From: Peptococcaceae bacterium
GTDB lineage: Bacteria > Bacillota > Desulfitobacteriia > Desulfitobacteriales > Syntrophobotulaceae
NCBI GenBank assembly: GCA_012520405.1
Contig: JAAYOJ010000144.1
Location: 5,641-69,640, forward strand
Direction: 5' to 3'
Length of the DNA: 64,000 bases
The notes below the pieces were generated by a model that ran no database searches, had not been told where the DNA came from, and saw only the letters and a list, made by a program, of their open reading frames with translations. Numbering within the stretch: position 1 is the first letter of the stretch; every line of letters begins with the position of its first letter. The translations under genes were made by a program, and so were the position numbers. This document shows, piece by piece, positions 18,829-28,099 of the stretch.

Positions 18829-19022
18829 TGAGTTCTCCCTCCTTTTCCAAAGCAACTGATTCAATGTTAGTATATATCCAGAGTAGTTTTATTATTCATA
18901 TTTTTCCATGCCACAAAAAAAAGAAAAACTTCATATTTCACTCTATTTTGATAAATATAGAGCAAATAAGAAGTCTAAAAAAGTTTATATATTTCTAAGA
19001 GTATTGTTTTGTAAGCTATAAA

Positions 19023-19961
19023 CTAGGCAGCGTCTATTGGCTTCAGATCGGGTGCATACTCAATTTCAGCCTTTTCCCAAAGATCATTAAAGTAAGTTTG
19101 GAATTTTTGAAATTTAGCATATTCTAAAGTATCTTGTTGAACACTATCTTTAACTTTCTCAAAATCTGGTTTTATGGCCTCTTTATAGTCTTCAACCAGA
19201 ATTACATGATAACCATAACTAGTTTTAACTGCTTTGTCGGGGATTTGATTTTTGGCCTGTTTAAAAGCCGCTTCTTCAAATTCGGGCATCATCTGTCCCC
19301 GGGTAAAATAACCAAGGTCACCGCCGTTTTCTTTAGAACCTGGGTCGAGGGATTTATCCTTAGCTAGTTCAGCAAAATCGGCACCACTTTTTAGCTCTTT
19401 GATAATATCCGAGGCTTCCTGTTCACTGGATACCAAAATATGACGGGCTTTGACCTGCTCCGCCTGCCCACCGTAATAGGGGTAGTTAGCGTCAAAAAAA
19501 TCTTTGATTTCTTTATCGCTTACAGTCACATCTTTGCCTACGTTGACAAATAATGTATAATAATTCACTACTTCATCATGAGTCATGGCCTGTTCTTTGA
19601 GCCAGGCATCATAATCCTGTTCCGGCAGTTGTTTTTTATAATCTTCGATCATTTCCGTTACTTCCGGGTCATCGGTAGCCCATTCGTTTTCTTCTACTGC
19701 CTGCTCAATTAAGGCTATAGTTACCAATTGGTCCAGTACCTCTCCTTTAATAGTTGCCAAAATAGTTTCTGACTGCTCTCCTTTGAGGTCAATTCCTTGT
19801 TTTGTGTAATAGTTCTTAGCGGCTTCCAGTTTGTTTTCGAATGCAGTTCTGGATACAAGGTGGCCATTAACTTTTACAGCATAGTCCTCTTTCTTGGCGC
19901 ACCCGTTAAACATAACCAGTACCATGGTCAAAACCAAAATAGCAATTGATAATTTTTTCAT
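19023..19961 (-). CDS. peptidyl-prolyl isomerase lipoprotein (PrsA/SurA-like parvulin)
   Basis: Signal peptide with the lipobox FNGC, and a parvulin core (ARHILV...GGDLGYF...YGYHVI). Confidence 0.85.
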   Translation of the reverse strand: MKKLSIAILVLTMVLVMFNGCAKKEDYAVKVNGHLVSRTAFENKLEAAKNYYTKQGIDLKGEQSETILATIKGEVLDQLVTIALIEQAVEENEWATDDPEVTEMIEDYKKQLPEQDYDAWLKEQAMTHDEVVNYYTLFVNVGKDVTVSDKEIKDFFDANYPYYGGQAEQVKARHILVSSEQEASDIIKELKSGADFAELAKDKSLDPGSKENGGDLGYFTRGQMMPEFEEAAFKQAKNQIPDKAVKTSYGYHVILVEDYKEAIKPDFEKVKDSVQQDTLEYAKFQKFQTYFNDLWEKAEIEYAPDLKPIDAA

Positions 19962-20025
19962 ATTATTTTATACTCCTCTTTTAGGTCTGATAAGCCATTA
20001 TATCAATAAACAAGCACTTAAGCAA

Positions 20026-23000
20026 TTAAACATTGACTGCCCTTTCAGATTTTGTAAGTTGCTCCTTAATAATAGCCAAAAGTTTAAGAATGGCTTTAAA
20101 AATATCCTCCATACTTAAAAAACGCAAACGGACGTTAAATTCCAGTTTCCCTTGTTCACTGGTTGCAAAGGATAAAGGAAAAGGAAAAACGGAAGCAATC
20201 TCCATCAATCTTTCTCCTGTTAAACCAGGATCGGAAGCAAATCTTAACGAGATATTCTGCTTTTGCTGAACTATCTGTTCTATATTCAATTCTTTGGCTT
20301 TGATTTTTATTCTGACGATTTGAATCAGGTTTTCCACCTCTTCAGGGGGAGTTCCAAATCTATCAATCAGTTCATCCACAATATTACTTAAATCTTCTTC
20401 GCTGCTAACCGCGATCATTCTTTGGTAAAGCACCGCCTTGGTCTGTCTATCAACTATATATTCGTCCGGAAGGAGGGCTTTTACCTGAATATCTATGGTT
20501 GGCTGAACTTCTTCTTCTATTGTTTCTCCTTTTAATTCCTGTACCGCTTCTTTTAACATTCTCATATAAAGACTAAAGCCTACGGCAACCAAATGTCCGT
20601 GCTGTTCGGCACCTATAAAGTTACCGGCTCCTCTGATCTCCAAGTCTCTTAAGGCGATCTTAAAACCGGAACCAAATTCGGTAAATTCTCTAATCGTCGA
20701 AAGTCTCTTTTCCGCTTCTTCAGTTAAAACCTTTTGTGGTTGATATAGAAGATAAGCATAAGCTCTACGGTTGGATCTGCCAACCCTCCCCCGCAGTTGG
20801 TAAAGCTGACTTAGACCAAATTTATCCGCTTCATCGACAATTAAGGTGTTGACATTAGGCAAATCTAAGCCCGTTTCGATTATTGTAGTGCAAATAAGCA
20901 CATCTTTCTCTTTTTCCAAGAAGGAAATCATTTCTTTTTCCAGCTGATTCTCACTCATTTGACCGTGAACTATCCCGCAACGAGCTTCAGGAATAATCTT
21001 ATTTAACAACCTAAGCACCCTATCCAAACTCTCAACCCGGTTATGCACATAAAACACTTGGCCGGCCCTACTTAATTCTCGGCGAATAGCATCTCTAACC
21101 AAATCAGGGTTAAACTCGGCAACAAAAGTCTGAACCGGGTACCTATCCTCCGGAGGCGTAGCAATAATACTCATGTCTCTAAGCCCGACCATAGACATAT
21201 GAAGCGTTCTGGGAATTGGGGTAGCCGATAGGGTCAGGACATCGACGTTAGTCTTTAGGGTTTTGATCCTCTCCTTATGAGCAACTCCAAATCTTTGCTC
21301 TTCATCCACAATGAGCAGCCCCAAATCCTTAAAATTTACTCCCGGGGATACTAAACGGTGAGTACCGACAACAATATCCACTGAGCCATCTTTTAGGCCT
21401 TGGACAATTAGTTTTTGCTCTTTGGGCGTCCGAAAACGGCTCAACATCTCTACTTTTACAGGATAATCCATAAATCTTTCCCTGAAAGTATTGTAATGCT
21501 GTTGAGCCAGAATAGTGGTAGGAACTAAGACCGCTACCTGTTTACCAGAACTCACCGCTTTAAAAGCGGCTCTTAAGGCTACTTCTGTTTTGCCGTAACC
21601 AACATCCCCGCAAAGCAGACGATCCATAGGCCGTTTTTTCATCATATCCTGCTTAACTTCAATAATACTTTGCAGCTGGTCTGGCGTCTCTTCATAGGGA
21701 AAACGTTCTTCAAACTCTTTTTGCCAGGAATTATCCTCGGGAAAAGCATAACCTACGGCTTTTTCTCTTTTAGCATAAAGTTCAAGAAGATTAAAGGCCA
21801 ACTCTTTAACCGCTTTTCTAGCTTTTCCCTTTGCTTTATTCCATTCGTTGCCATTCAGTTTGTGAAGTTTAGGCGCGCTTTCCCCATCTGTTCCTAAGTA
21901 TTTCTGCAAAAGCTGTAATTGGTCAATCGGCACATAAAGTTTATCCTCGCCGGCATAACGAATGGCGAAATAGTCTTTATCTATGCCATCAACAGGAATC
22001 CTCTCTATGCCAATGAATTTACCAATGCCATGATAGTAGTGGACTACAAAATCCCCCGGTTTTAAATCGCTGAATTTTAGAAGATCGTCCTCTTTGGTAG
22101 CTTTTTTAGGCTTGTACTGAGGTTTGGCGCGTTCTCTTTTGTAAATCTCTGTTTCGGAAAAAACGATAAGCTTGCCGGTAGGGAGTTCAAAACCTTGGGA
22201 TAAGGATTGGGCAAAAACGTAAACTCCTCCGGGTTGTATGTTTTGGTCAATATGGGCTAGACCGGAGGCTATTCCCTTGTCCTTTAGCCCCTGTATCAAT
22301 CTCCGGCTATGTTCCTCATCACCGGCGAAAAGGGTTACAACATAACCGTCCTTTTTCCTCTTTTCAATTTCTTCAACTAACACCGCTGTTTTATTGGAAA
22401 CAGCTAAAGGCCTGGCAGTGGCATTCGTGACTCTCTTAGGTTTGAAGCCCGGTATGTCTCTCATTAAATTAGACAGGCATAGAAGTGGTCTGTGGCCCCC
22501 CAAACTCAAATCATCAAAGTTTATAAAAAGATTCTCCGGGTTAACAAATTCCTCTCCCTTTTCCAGGTTGGCCAAGAATTCCGTTGTTCTTTGGGTGTGT
22601 TGAAAATCTAATTGCTCCTTCAACCTTAATGGTTCATCCAAAAAAATTAGACCGTCCTGGCCCAACCAATCGAAAATCGGAACATAGTTTTCAGGAAGCA
22701 GACTTAAATATGGGTAGATATTTTCATCTAACATCTTTTCGTCAATACGGTTTGTCAGCGCTTCGATTTTTTTCTGTAACCGCTTGACCGGATCGCTCCT
22801 ACCCAGCCCTTCCAGTCTGGCTATAGCTTTGCGACCTTTGGCTTGAATCTCCCATTTAAGGTTCTGCAGCTCTTCAGTGCCAATAATATATTCATGTACG
22901 GGCACAATAAAGGCCTCAGAAATATGACCCAAAGATTTTTGCGTATCCAGGTCGAAAAATCGAATGGAGTCAACTTCATTATCAAAAAATTCAATTCTTA

Positions 23001-23586
23001 CCGGTTCTCGGTCATAAGGAGCAATATCCAGTATTCCGCCCCGTAAAGCAAACTGCCCCTGGCCCTCAATTGTCTCTTCCCTAACGTAACCGGCGTCAAT
23101 CAAGATGCTAATAATATCCGCCAGGGAATATTGCTCTTCTCTTCTTAAGCTTAGACAATATTTCCGCCAGCTGTCCGGATGAAAGAGTTTTCTCATCACA
23201 GCATGAATAGGAGCTATAATTATATCTCCGGCAGAGGTGGGGTTCTTATTGGCTTGCAATAAACTGCTAAGTACTTTTATCCGCTGCGCCGTTGTTTCCC
23301 TGCTTCGGCCTAATACTTCAAAAGGCAGCCACTCCGTAGGAGGAAAAAGCAAAATATTTCTGTCCGGCAGCCAAGTTTGCAGATCACTTAGCCACTTTTG
23401 GGCGTTTTCTTCCGTGGAGGTAATAATAAGTGCCTGCTTATGACACAAAAGTTGGGCGGCCAAGGCAGCCTTTTGACTACCTGAAGCAAGATGATAGACT
23501 ATGTACGGCGATTCTTTTTTTAGAAGAGAAGAGTTAAGCTCCTCTATATGAAAACCCTTGTACAAAAAATCATTAATGGATGGCAT
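20026..23586 (-). CDS. mfd: transcription-repair coupling factor
   Basis: 1186 aa with a UvrB-homology N-terminus, an RNAP-interacting domain, superfamily-2 helicase motifs (GDVGYGKTEVA, DEEQRFG) and a TRG motif. Confidence 0.97.
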   Translation of the reverse strand: MPSINDFLYKGFHIEELNSSLLKKESPYIVYHLASGSQKAALAAQLLCHKQALIITSTEENAQKWLSDLQTWLPDRNILLFPPTEWLPFEVLGRSRETTAQRIKVLSSLLQANKNPTSAGDIIIAPIHAVMRKLFHPDSWRKYCLSLRREEQYSLADIISILIDAGYVREETIEGQGQFALRGGILDIAPYDREPVRIEFFDNEVDSIRFFDLDTQKSLGHISEAFIVPVHEYIIGTEELQNLKWEIQAKGRKAIARLEGLGRSDPVKRLQKKIEALTNRIDEKMLDENIYPYLSLLPENYVPIFDWLGQDGLIFLDEPLRLKEQLDFQHTQRTTEFLANLEKGEEFVNPENLFINFDDLSLGGHRPLLCLSNLMRDIPGFKPKRVTNATARPLAVSNKTAVLVEEIEKRKKDGYVVTLFAGDEEHSRRLIQGLKDKGIASGLAHIDQNIQPGGVYVFAQSLSQGFELPTGKLIVFSETEIYKRERAKPQYKPKKATKEDDLLKFSDLKPGDFVVHYYHGIGKFIGIERIPVDGIDKDYFAIRYAGEDKLYVPIDQLQLLQKYLGTDGESAPKLHKLNGNEWNKAKGKARKAVKELAFNLLELYAKREKAVGYAFPEDNSWQKEFEERFPYEETPDQLQSIIEVKQDMMKKRPMDRLLCGDVGYGKTEVALRAAFKAVSSGKQVAVLVPTTILAQQHYNTFRERFMDYPVKVEMLSRFRTPKEQKLIVQGLKDGSVDIVVGTHRLVSPGVNFKDLGLLIVDEEQRFGVAHKERIKTLKTNVDVLTLSATPIPRTLHMSMVGLRDMSIIATPPEDRYPVQTFVAEFNPDLVRDAIRRELSRAGQVFYVHNRVESLDRVLRLLNKIIPEARCGIVHGQMSENQLEKEMISFLEKEKDVLICTTIIETGLDLPNVNTLIVDEADKFGLSQLYQLRGRVGRSNRRAYAYLLYQPQKVLTEEAEKRLSTIREFTEFGSGFKIALRDLEIRGAGNFIGAEQHGHLVAVGFSLYMRMLKEAVQELKGETIEEEVQPTIDIQVKALLPDEYIVDRQTKAVLYQRMIAVSSEEDLSNIVDELIDRFGTPPEEVENLIQIVRIKIKAKELNIEQIVQQKQNISLRFASDPGLTGERLMEIASVFPFPLSFATSEQGKLEFNVRLRFLSMEDIFKAILKLLAIIKEQLTKSERAVNV

Positions 23587-23649
23587 GCAGTTCCCCCTGA
23601 GACTGTCTTCTTAATAAAGTTATATTATATTTATTAATTATTCCTTGGA

Positions 23650-23826
23650 TTATTGATAATAGACCCTGGGATTTATATCTAATTCCTGCATACAAAGTGG
23701 ACAAAGTGTATAAGCTACATTGCCCACAACTTCGAGAGAAGAGTCTATCCCTTGGGTTTTAGAATTATCTGTTTCCAATTCACCTATAATGCTGTCACAG
23801 CAACGGCATATCTTAAGTAAATACAT
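23650..23826 (-). CDS. fin: anti-sigma-F factor Fin (YabK family)
   Basis: 58 codons, below the ORF-track cutoff. Hand translated as MYLLKICRCCDSIIGELETDNSKTQGIDSSLEVVGNVAYTLCPLCMQELDINPRVYYQ. Has CxxC...CxxC plus an LDxNP tail, a GGGGGTG RBS, and the canonical slot between mfd and pth. Confidence 0.8.
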   Translation of the reverse strand: MYLLKICRCCDSIIGELETDNSKTQGIDSSLEVVGNVAYTLCPLCMQELDINPRVYYQ

Positions 23827-23847
23827 GCTAAATACACCCCCGAGTAA

Positions 23848-23877
23848 TAGGCTTGCCTTTACTTCGGGAGCTTATAC
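23848..23877 (-). promoter_or_regulatory. sigma-F-type promoter candidate for fin
   Basis: On the minus strand, GTATA - 15 nt - GGCAAGCCTA. This is one mismatch from my recollection of the consensus GYATA-N15-GGnrAnAnTw. It ends 21 nt before the fin ATG. Confidence 0.35.
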
Positions 23878-23885
23878 AATACTAT

Positions 23886-24440
23886 TCAATTAAACTTATT
23901 CATTGCTTCTATACCCTTATCCTCAAGCCAAAGGTTAACAGCTTGATAGGCCTGGTCTAAAATTTCGGCCAGGACTTTTTCTTCTTCTTTATTAAAGGAT
24001 GAAAGTACATGGTTTACTACATCCCATCCTTCTTTGGGACGTCCTACTCCAATTTTAAGCCTCCAAAAATCTTGAGTGCCCAATTCGCTGATAATAGATT
24101 TCAGACCATTATGCCCTCCCGCACTTCCTTTGGCCCGTAGTCTTAGTTTTCCCAAAGATAAATCCATATCATCATGGATAACCAAAATATCTTGCCCGGG
24201 TATTTTATAAAAGCCGGCTAACTCTCTAACCGCCAAACCGCTTAAATTCATAAAAGTATAAGGTTTTAAAAAAAATATTCTTTTGTTATTAAGTCTGCCT
24301 TCAGCTAATTTGCCCCGGAAATCATCACGATAGGAAAATCCCGTTTCTTTGACCAAGGTATCAAGCAATCTAAACCCAACGTTATGTCTGGTATTACGAT
24401 ATTTTAAACCCGGATTTCCCAAACCGATAACCGCTTTCAT
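23886..24440 (-). CDS. pth: peptidyl-tRNA hydrolase
   Basis: Starts MKAVIGLGNPGLKYRNTRHNVGF and contains ...GGHNGLKSI. Confidence 0.96.
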   Translation of the reverse strand: MKAVIGLGNPGLKYRNTRHNVGFRLLDTLVKETGFSYRDDFRGKLAEGRLNNKRIFFLKPYTFMNLSGLAVRELAGFYKIPGQDILVIHDDMDLSLGKLRLRAKGSAGGHNGLKSIISELGTQDFWRLKIGVGRPKEGWDVVNHVLSSFNKEEEKVLAEILDQAYQAVNLWLEDKGIEAMNKFN

Positions 24441-24527
24441 ATTTTCTCCTTAACCGACATAATCTTGTTCCTCGCAGAATAAAGTTGTAACAAGTTTCAA
24501 TTAACATTTAGCAAAGGAGGAATAAAA

Positions 24528-25283
24528 ATGCTGCCTAGCAAAAAATTAATATCCCTACCCATAATATCCTTAAAAGAAGGACAGAAAATTGGCTATGCCA
24601 AAAATATTGTTATTAATCCTAAAACTATATCTGTAGCGGCATTAATCGTCGATCCTAAACGATTCTTTATGGAGCAGCGTATAATTCCTTTTAACAGAGT
24701 AGTGAACATCGGAGAAAACGCCATTACTGTGGGTACAGAAAGTCAAGCCGAAAAGGCGGCAAATTTACCCGATATTATGCACTTATTAAAAGAAAAAACC
24801 GCTGTAATCGGTATGAAAGTAATTACTGCCAACGGCAAAACTCTTGGTATGGTTGACGAATTTTATATAAACCGGGAAGATGGAAGTATTGAGTTCATCG
24901 ATATCTCAGGGGGTAAAATCGAAGGACTATTCCATGGCAAAGCCAGGTTAAAAGCAGACGAAATTATGACCTTAGGCTCGGAGGTTATGGTGGTTTCGGA
25001 AGATAGCGAAGATAAATTGGAAAATTGTATTAAAGGGATTAATGATAATATCAAATCTTTTATTCGCTTGGCCTCTAATAAAATCATAGATCAAGGAGAA
25101 AAAATAAATAACAGCCGCAAAAATAAAAGTAAAAAAGTTTTTAGTGAACAGAAAACTGATGAAAACTTACAAGAATCGTCCCTTTCTGCTTCTATTAACT
25201 TAGACCAAGAGGAAAATCAGGAAAATAGTGCGGATGCCCAGCAAGAAAATAAACCTGAGGAAACAAAAAATGAGCCGGCCTAA
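24528..25283 (+). CDS. PRC-barrel domain protein (two PRC repeats, low-complexity acidic tail)
   Basis: Repeated LPIISLKEGQKIGYAKNIVIN / VITANGKTLGMVDEFYIN PRC-barrel-like segments. C-terminal Q/E/N-rich tail. AAAGGAGG RBS. Confidence 0.65.
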   Translation: MLPSKKLISLPIISLKEGQKIGYAKNIVINPKTISVAALIVDPKRFFMEQRIIPFNRVVNIGENAITVGTESQAEKAANLPDIMHLLKEKTAVIGMKVITANGKTLGMVDEFYINREDGSIEFIDISGGKIEGLFHGKARLKADEIMTLGSEVMVVSEDSEDKLENCIKGINDNIKSFIRLASNKIIDQGEKINNSRKNKSKKVFSEQKTDENLQESSLSASINLDQEENQENSADAQQENKPEETKNEPA

Positions 25284-25285
25284 TT

Positions 25286-26227
25286 TTAACTAAATAACTT
25301 GCTGACAGACAGGTCCTCGTGAATACGAACAATAGCTTCACCCAGCAAAGGAGCAACAGATAATACCTTAATTTTATCTATTTTCTTCTCTGCTGGTAAG
25401 GGTATAGTATTAGTAACCACTACTTCCTTAATTACTGATTTCTCCAAACGCTCTACTGCCGGTCCCGATAAAACCGGGTGAGTACAGCAGGCATAAACCT
25501 CTTTAGCTCCTCTTTCTAATAGTGCACTGGCGGCATGAGTAATTGTTCCGGCGGTATCGATAATATCATCAATTAGAATAACGGTTTTGCCTTTAAGTTC
25601 ACCAATAACATTCATTATTTCAGAAACATTAGGTTCTGGGCGACGTTTGTCAACTATAGCCAAGGAAGCGTTTATTCTCTCCGCAAAATTACGGGCTCTG
25701 CCAACTCCTCCGATGTCAGGAGAAACAACACAAATATCTTTCAGATTTTTCTCCATAAAATACTGGGCAAGGATAGGAACTCCCGGTAGATGATCAACTG
25801 GAATATCAAAAAAGCCTTGAATAGCCGGCGCATGAAGATCCATAGCAACTAAACGGTTTGCTCCGGAAGTGGTAATAATATTAGCGATCAATTTAGCCGT
25901 AATGGGTTCCCTGGCCCTGGCTTTTCTTTCTTGCCTAGCATATCCGTAATAGGGAACCACTGCCGTGATCCTGTAAGCTGAAGCTCTACGCAAGGCATCT
26001 ACTAAAATCAACAATTCCATAATATTTTCATTGGTGGGTGCACAGGTTGGCTGTATAACAAAGACATCAGCCCCGCGGACACTTTCTTCAATGCCTATAC
26101 TGATTTCTCCGTCCTGGAATCTTTTTACATTGGCTTCACCAATTGTAATACCTAAGTAATCGGAAATTTCTTGTGCCAATTCCAGGTTAGAATTACCGCA
26201 AAATATTTTGAGTTCTCTAGTAGCCAT
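25286..26227 (-). CDS. prs: ribose-phosphate pyrophosphokinase
   Basis: 313 aa with [10 protein letters not shown] and DLHA motifs and the PRPP loop [12 protein letters not shown]. Confidence 0.97.
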   Translation of the reverse strand: MATRELKIFCGNSNLELAQEISDYLGITIGEANVKRFQDGEISIGIEESVRGADVFVIQPTCAPTNENIMELLILVDALRRASAYRITAVVPYYGYARQERKARAREPITAKLIANIITTSGANRLVAMDLHAPAIQGFFDIPVDHLPGVPILAQYFMEKNLKDICVVSPDIGGVGRARNFAERINASLAIVDKRRPEPNVSEIMNVIGELKGKTVILIDDIIDTAGTITHAASALLERGAKEVYACCTHPVLSGPAVERLEKSVIKEVVVTNTIPLPAEKKIDKIKVLSVAPLLGEAIVRIHEDLSVSKLFS

Positions 26228-26236
26228 AATATCCCC

Positions 26237-27598
26237 CTAGTTATCGTTGGCTTTCAGCCAGTTATTAATTATTTTTTGCTGCGATCGTTCTATGGCTAGT
26301 GAGTTATCCGGAACGTTTTTCGTAATAGTAGATCCCGCGCCAATAACACTATCCTTGCCTATAGTGACAGGTGCAACAAAATTTGTATTGCTTCCAACGA
26401 AGGCATGATCACCGACTACAGTTCGGTGTTTTTGCTTGCCGTCATAGTTGCAGGTAATAGTTCCTGCCCCGATATTTACTTTTTTTCCTAGATCAGAATC
26501 TCCAATATAGCTAAGGTGAGGAACTTTGGAACCTTCCCCAATATTGCTGTTTTTAATTTCAACAAAATCTCCGACTTTAACTCCTTTAGCCAGTACTGTC
26601 CCGGGCCTTAAGTAAGCAAAAGGACCAATAACGCAATCTTCTCCTATAATCGCATCTTTGGCCACAGAATTTTCTATATGACAAGCTTGAAGGCAAGTAC
26701 AGTTTTCCAAGCGTGTGCTTGGCCCTATAACTGAGTGCTCGGCAATTATAGTTGTCCCTTTAATTATAGTAAAAGGGTGGATAATAACATCTTTACCAAT
26801 TTTGACCTGCGGATCAATTAAAACCGTAGAAGGGTTAATAATAGTTACTCCTTCCATCATCCAGTCTTTTCTAATTTGATCATACATTAGATCTTCAGCT
26901 TCAGCTAATTGACAACGATTATTTATCCCCAAAGCTTCATTGGCATGCTTAGTGCGGAATACTTCTATTTTGTGACCGGAGTTAAGCAAAATATCAAAAA
27001 CATCCGTCAGGTAATACTCCCCTTGGGCATTTTGAGGTTTAATTAATTGTAAAGCCCTTTTAAGCTCATGGCCTTGGAAACAGTATGTGCCCGTATTAAT
27101 TTCCTTAATCTCTTTTTGTTCCGGCTGAGCATCTTTTTCTTCAACAATACCCTGAAACACTCCGTCTTTCTTTATTATACGTCCGTAACCGTATGGTTCC
27201 TCCATAACAGCACTAAGCACTGTGGCTGCTGCCCCGGACAATTGGTGATGTTCAAGCAAACATGCCAGGGTATTTAATGACAGAAGCGGCTGATCACCGC
27301 TTAAGACAAGAACACAACTATCATCCTTAAGCTTGGGAGCTGCTTGGCATAAAGCATGACCCGTACCAAGCTGTTTTTCCTGAATAACTATGTCCGATCT
27401 AGTCCCGATATGGTCGGTAACAATATCGCGGCCATGGCCAACAATGGTGATGATATCCTTAATGCCTAGCTTCTGGGTCTTAGCTAAAACATGATCGATT
27501 AACGGCATCCCTACAAGTTGGTGCATTACTTTAGGTAGATCTGACTTCATTCGAGTACCCTTGCCGGCGGCAAGAATTACACAAGTAATATGGGACAT
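26237..27598 (-). CDS. glmU: bifunctional UDP-N-acetylglucosamine pyrophosphorylase / GlcN-1-P acetyltransferase
   Basis: LAAGKGTRMKS N-terminal signature plus left-handed beta-helix hexapeptide repeats in the C-terminus. Confidence 0.96.
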   Translation of the reverse strand: MSHITCVILAAGKGTRMKSDLPKVMHQLVGMPLIDHVLAKTQKLGIKDIITIVGHGRDIVTDHIGTRSDIVIQEKQLGTGHALCQAAPKLKDDSCVLVLSGDQPLLSLNTLACLLEHHQLSGAAATVLSAVMEEPYGYGRIIKKDGVFQGIVEEKDAQPEQKEIKEINTGTYCFQGHELKRALQLIKPQNAQGEYYLTDVFDILLNSGHKIEVFRTKHANEALGINNRCQLAEAEDLMYDQIRKDWMMEGVTIINPSTVLIDPQVKIGKDVIIHPFTIIKGTTIIAEHSVIGPSTRLENCTCLQACHIENSVAKDAIIGEDCVIGPFAYLRPGTVLAKGVKVGDFVEIKNSNIGEGSKVPHLSYIGDSDLGKKVNIGAGTITCNYDGKQKHRTVVGDHAFVGSNTNFVAPVTIGKDSVIGAGSTITKNVPDNSLAIERSQQKIINNWLKANDN

Positions 27599-27663
27599 TG
27601 TTTTATCCTCCAGAATTCAGCCAATTTTATTAACCAATTGTTATTATAACGAATTTCGACGGA

Positions 27664-27695
27664 GAAAAAAAGTCGCTGACAAAACATCAACGACT
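27664..27695 (-). terminator. intrinsic terminator downstream of spoVG
   Basis: Stem AGTCGTTGA/TCAGCGACT (one G-U pair) with a 7-nt loop, followed by a U7 run. Confidence 0.75.
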
Positions 27696-27738
27696 TAAGA
27701 TTTTATTTAACTTTAAAAAGGTATTTATTAACAGTTTC

Positions 27739-27999
27739 CTATAGCTCCATATTTTTTTCGTATTCTTCTAATACTCGAGTCTGAATTTTCTCTCTGGCCG
27801 CAGATGAAATCGGGTGGGCAATATCACGAAAATCGCCTTCCGGTGTTTTCCTGCTAGGCATTGCAACAAATAAACCGTTAGTACCCTCGACCACCTTAAC
27901 ATCATGCACAACAAATTCGTTGTCGAAGGTGACTGAAACAACAGCTTTCATCTTGCCTTCGGTATTCACCTTACGGACTCTTACATCGGTAATCTCCAT
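27739..27999 (-). CDS. spoVG: septation/sporulation protein SpoVG
   Basis: Starts [36 protein letters not shown]. Start set to ATG 27999, 8 nt after GGGTGGTGA. Confidence 0.95.
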   Translation of the reverse strand: MEITDVRVRKVNTEGKMKAVVSVTFDNEFVVHDVKVVEGTNGLFVAMPSRKTPEGDFRDIAHPISSAAREKIQTRVLEEYEKNMEL

Positions 28000-28045
28000 A
28001 TTAAGTATCACCACCCTTCCCCTCTGCCTAAAACTCTAATTGCTT

Positions 28046-28076
28046 TAATTCTATATAGAGCAAAAAAAGTCCTCCT
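28046..28076 (-). promoter_or_regulatory. sigma-H-type promoter candidate for spoVG
   Basis: On the minus strand, AGGAGGAC...(18 nt from the proximal AGGA)...GAATTA. This fits RnAGGAwww-N11-12-RnnGAATww and lies about 45 nt upstream of the spoVG ATG. Confidence 0.45.
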
Positions 28077-28099
28077 ATTTTTAGGAAAAATTTTTCAGA

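Noticed and set aside
27652-27662. 0A-like box CGTCGAA upstream of glmU.
   Set aside because: The first base mismatches the TGNCGAA core, and there is no biological precedent I know of. Probably chance.
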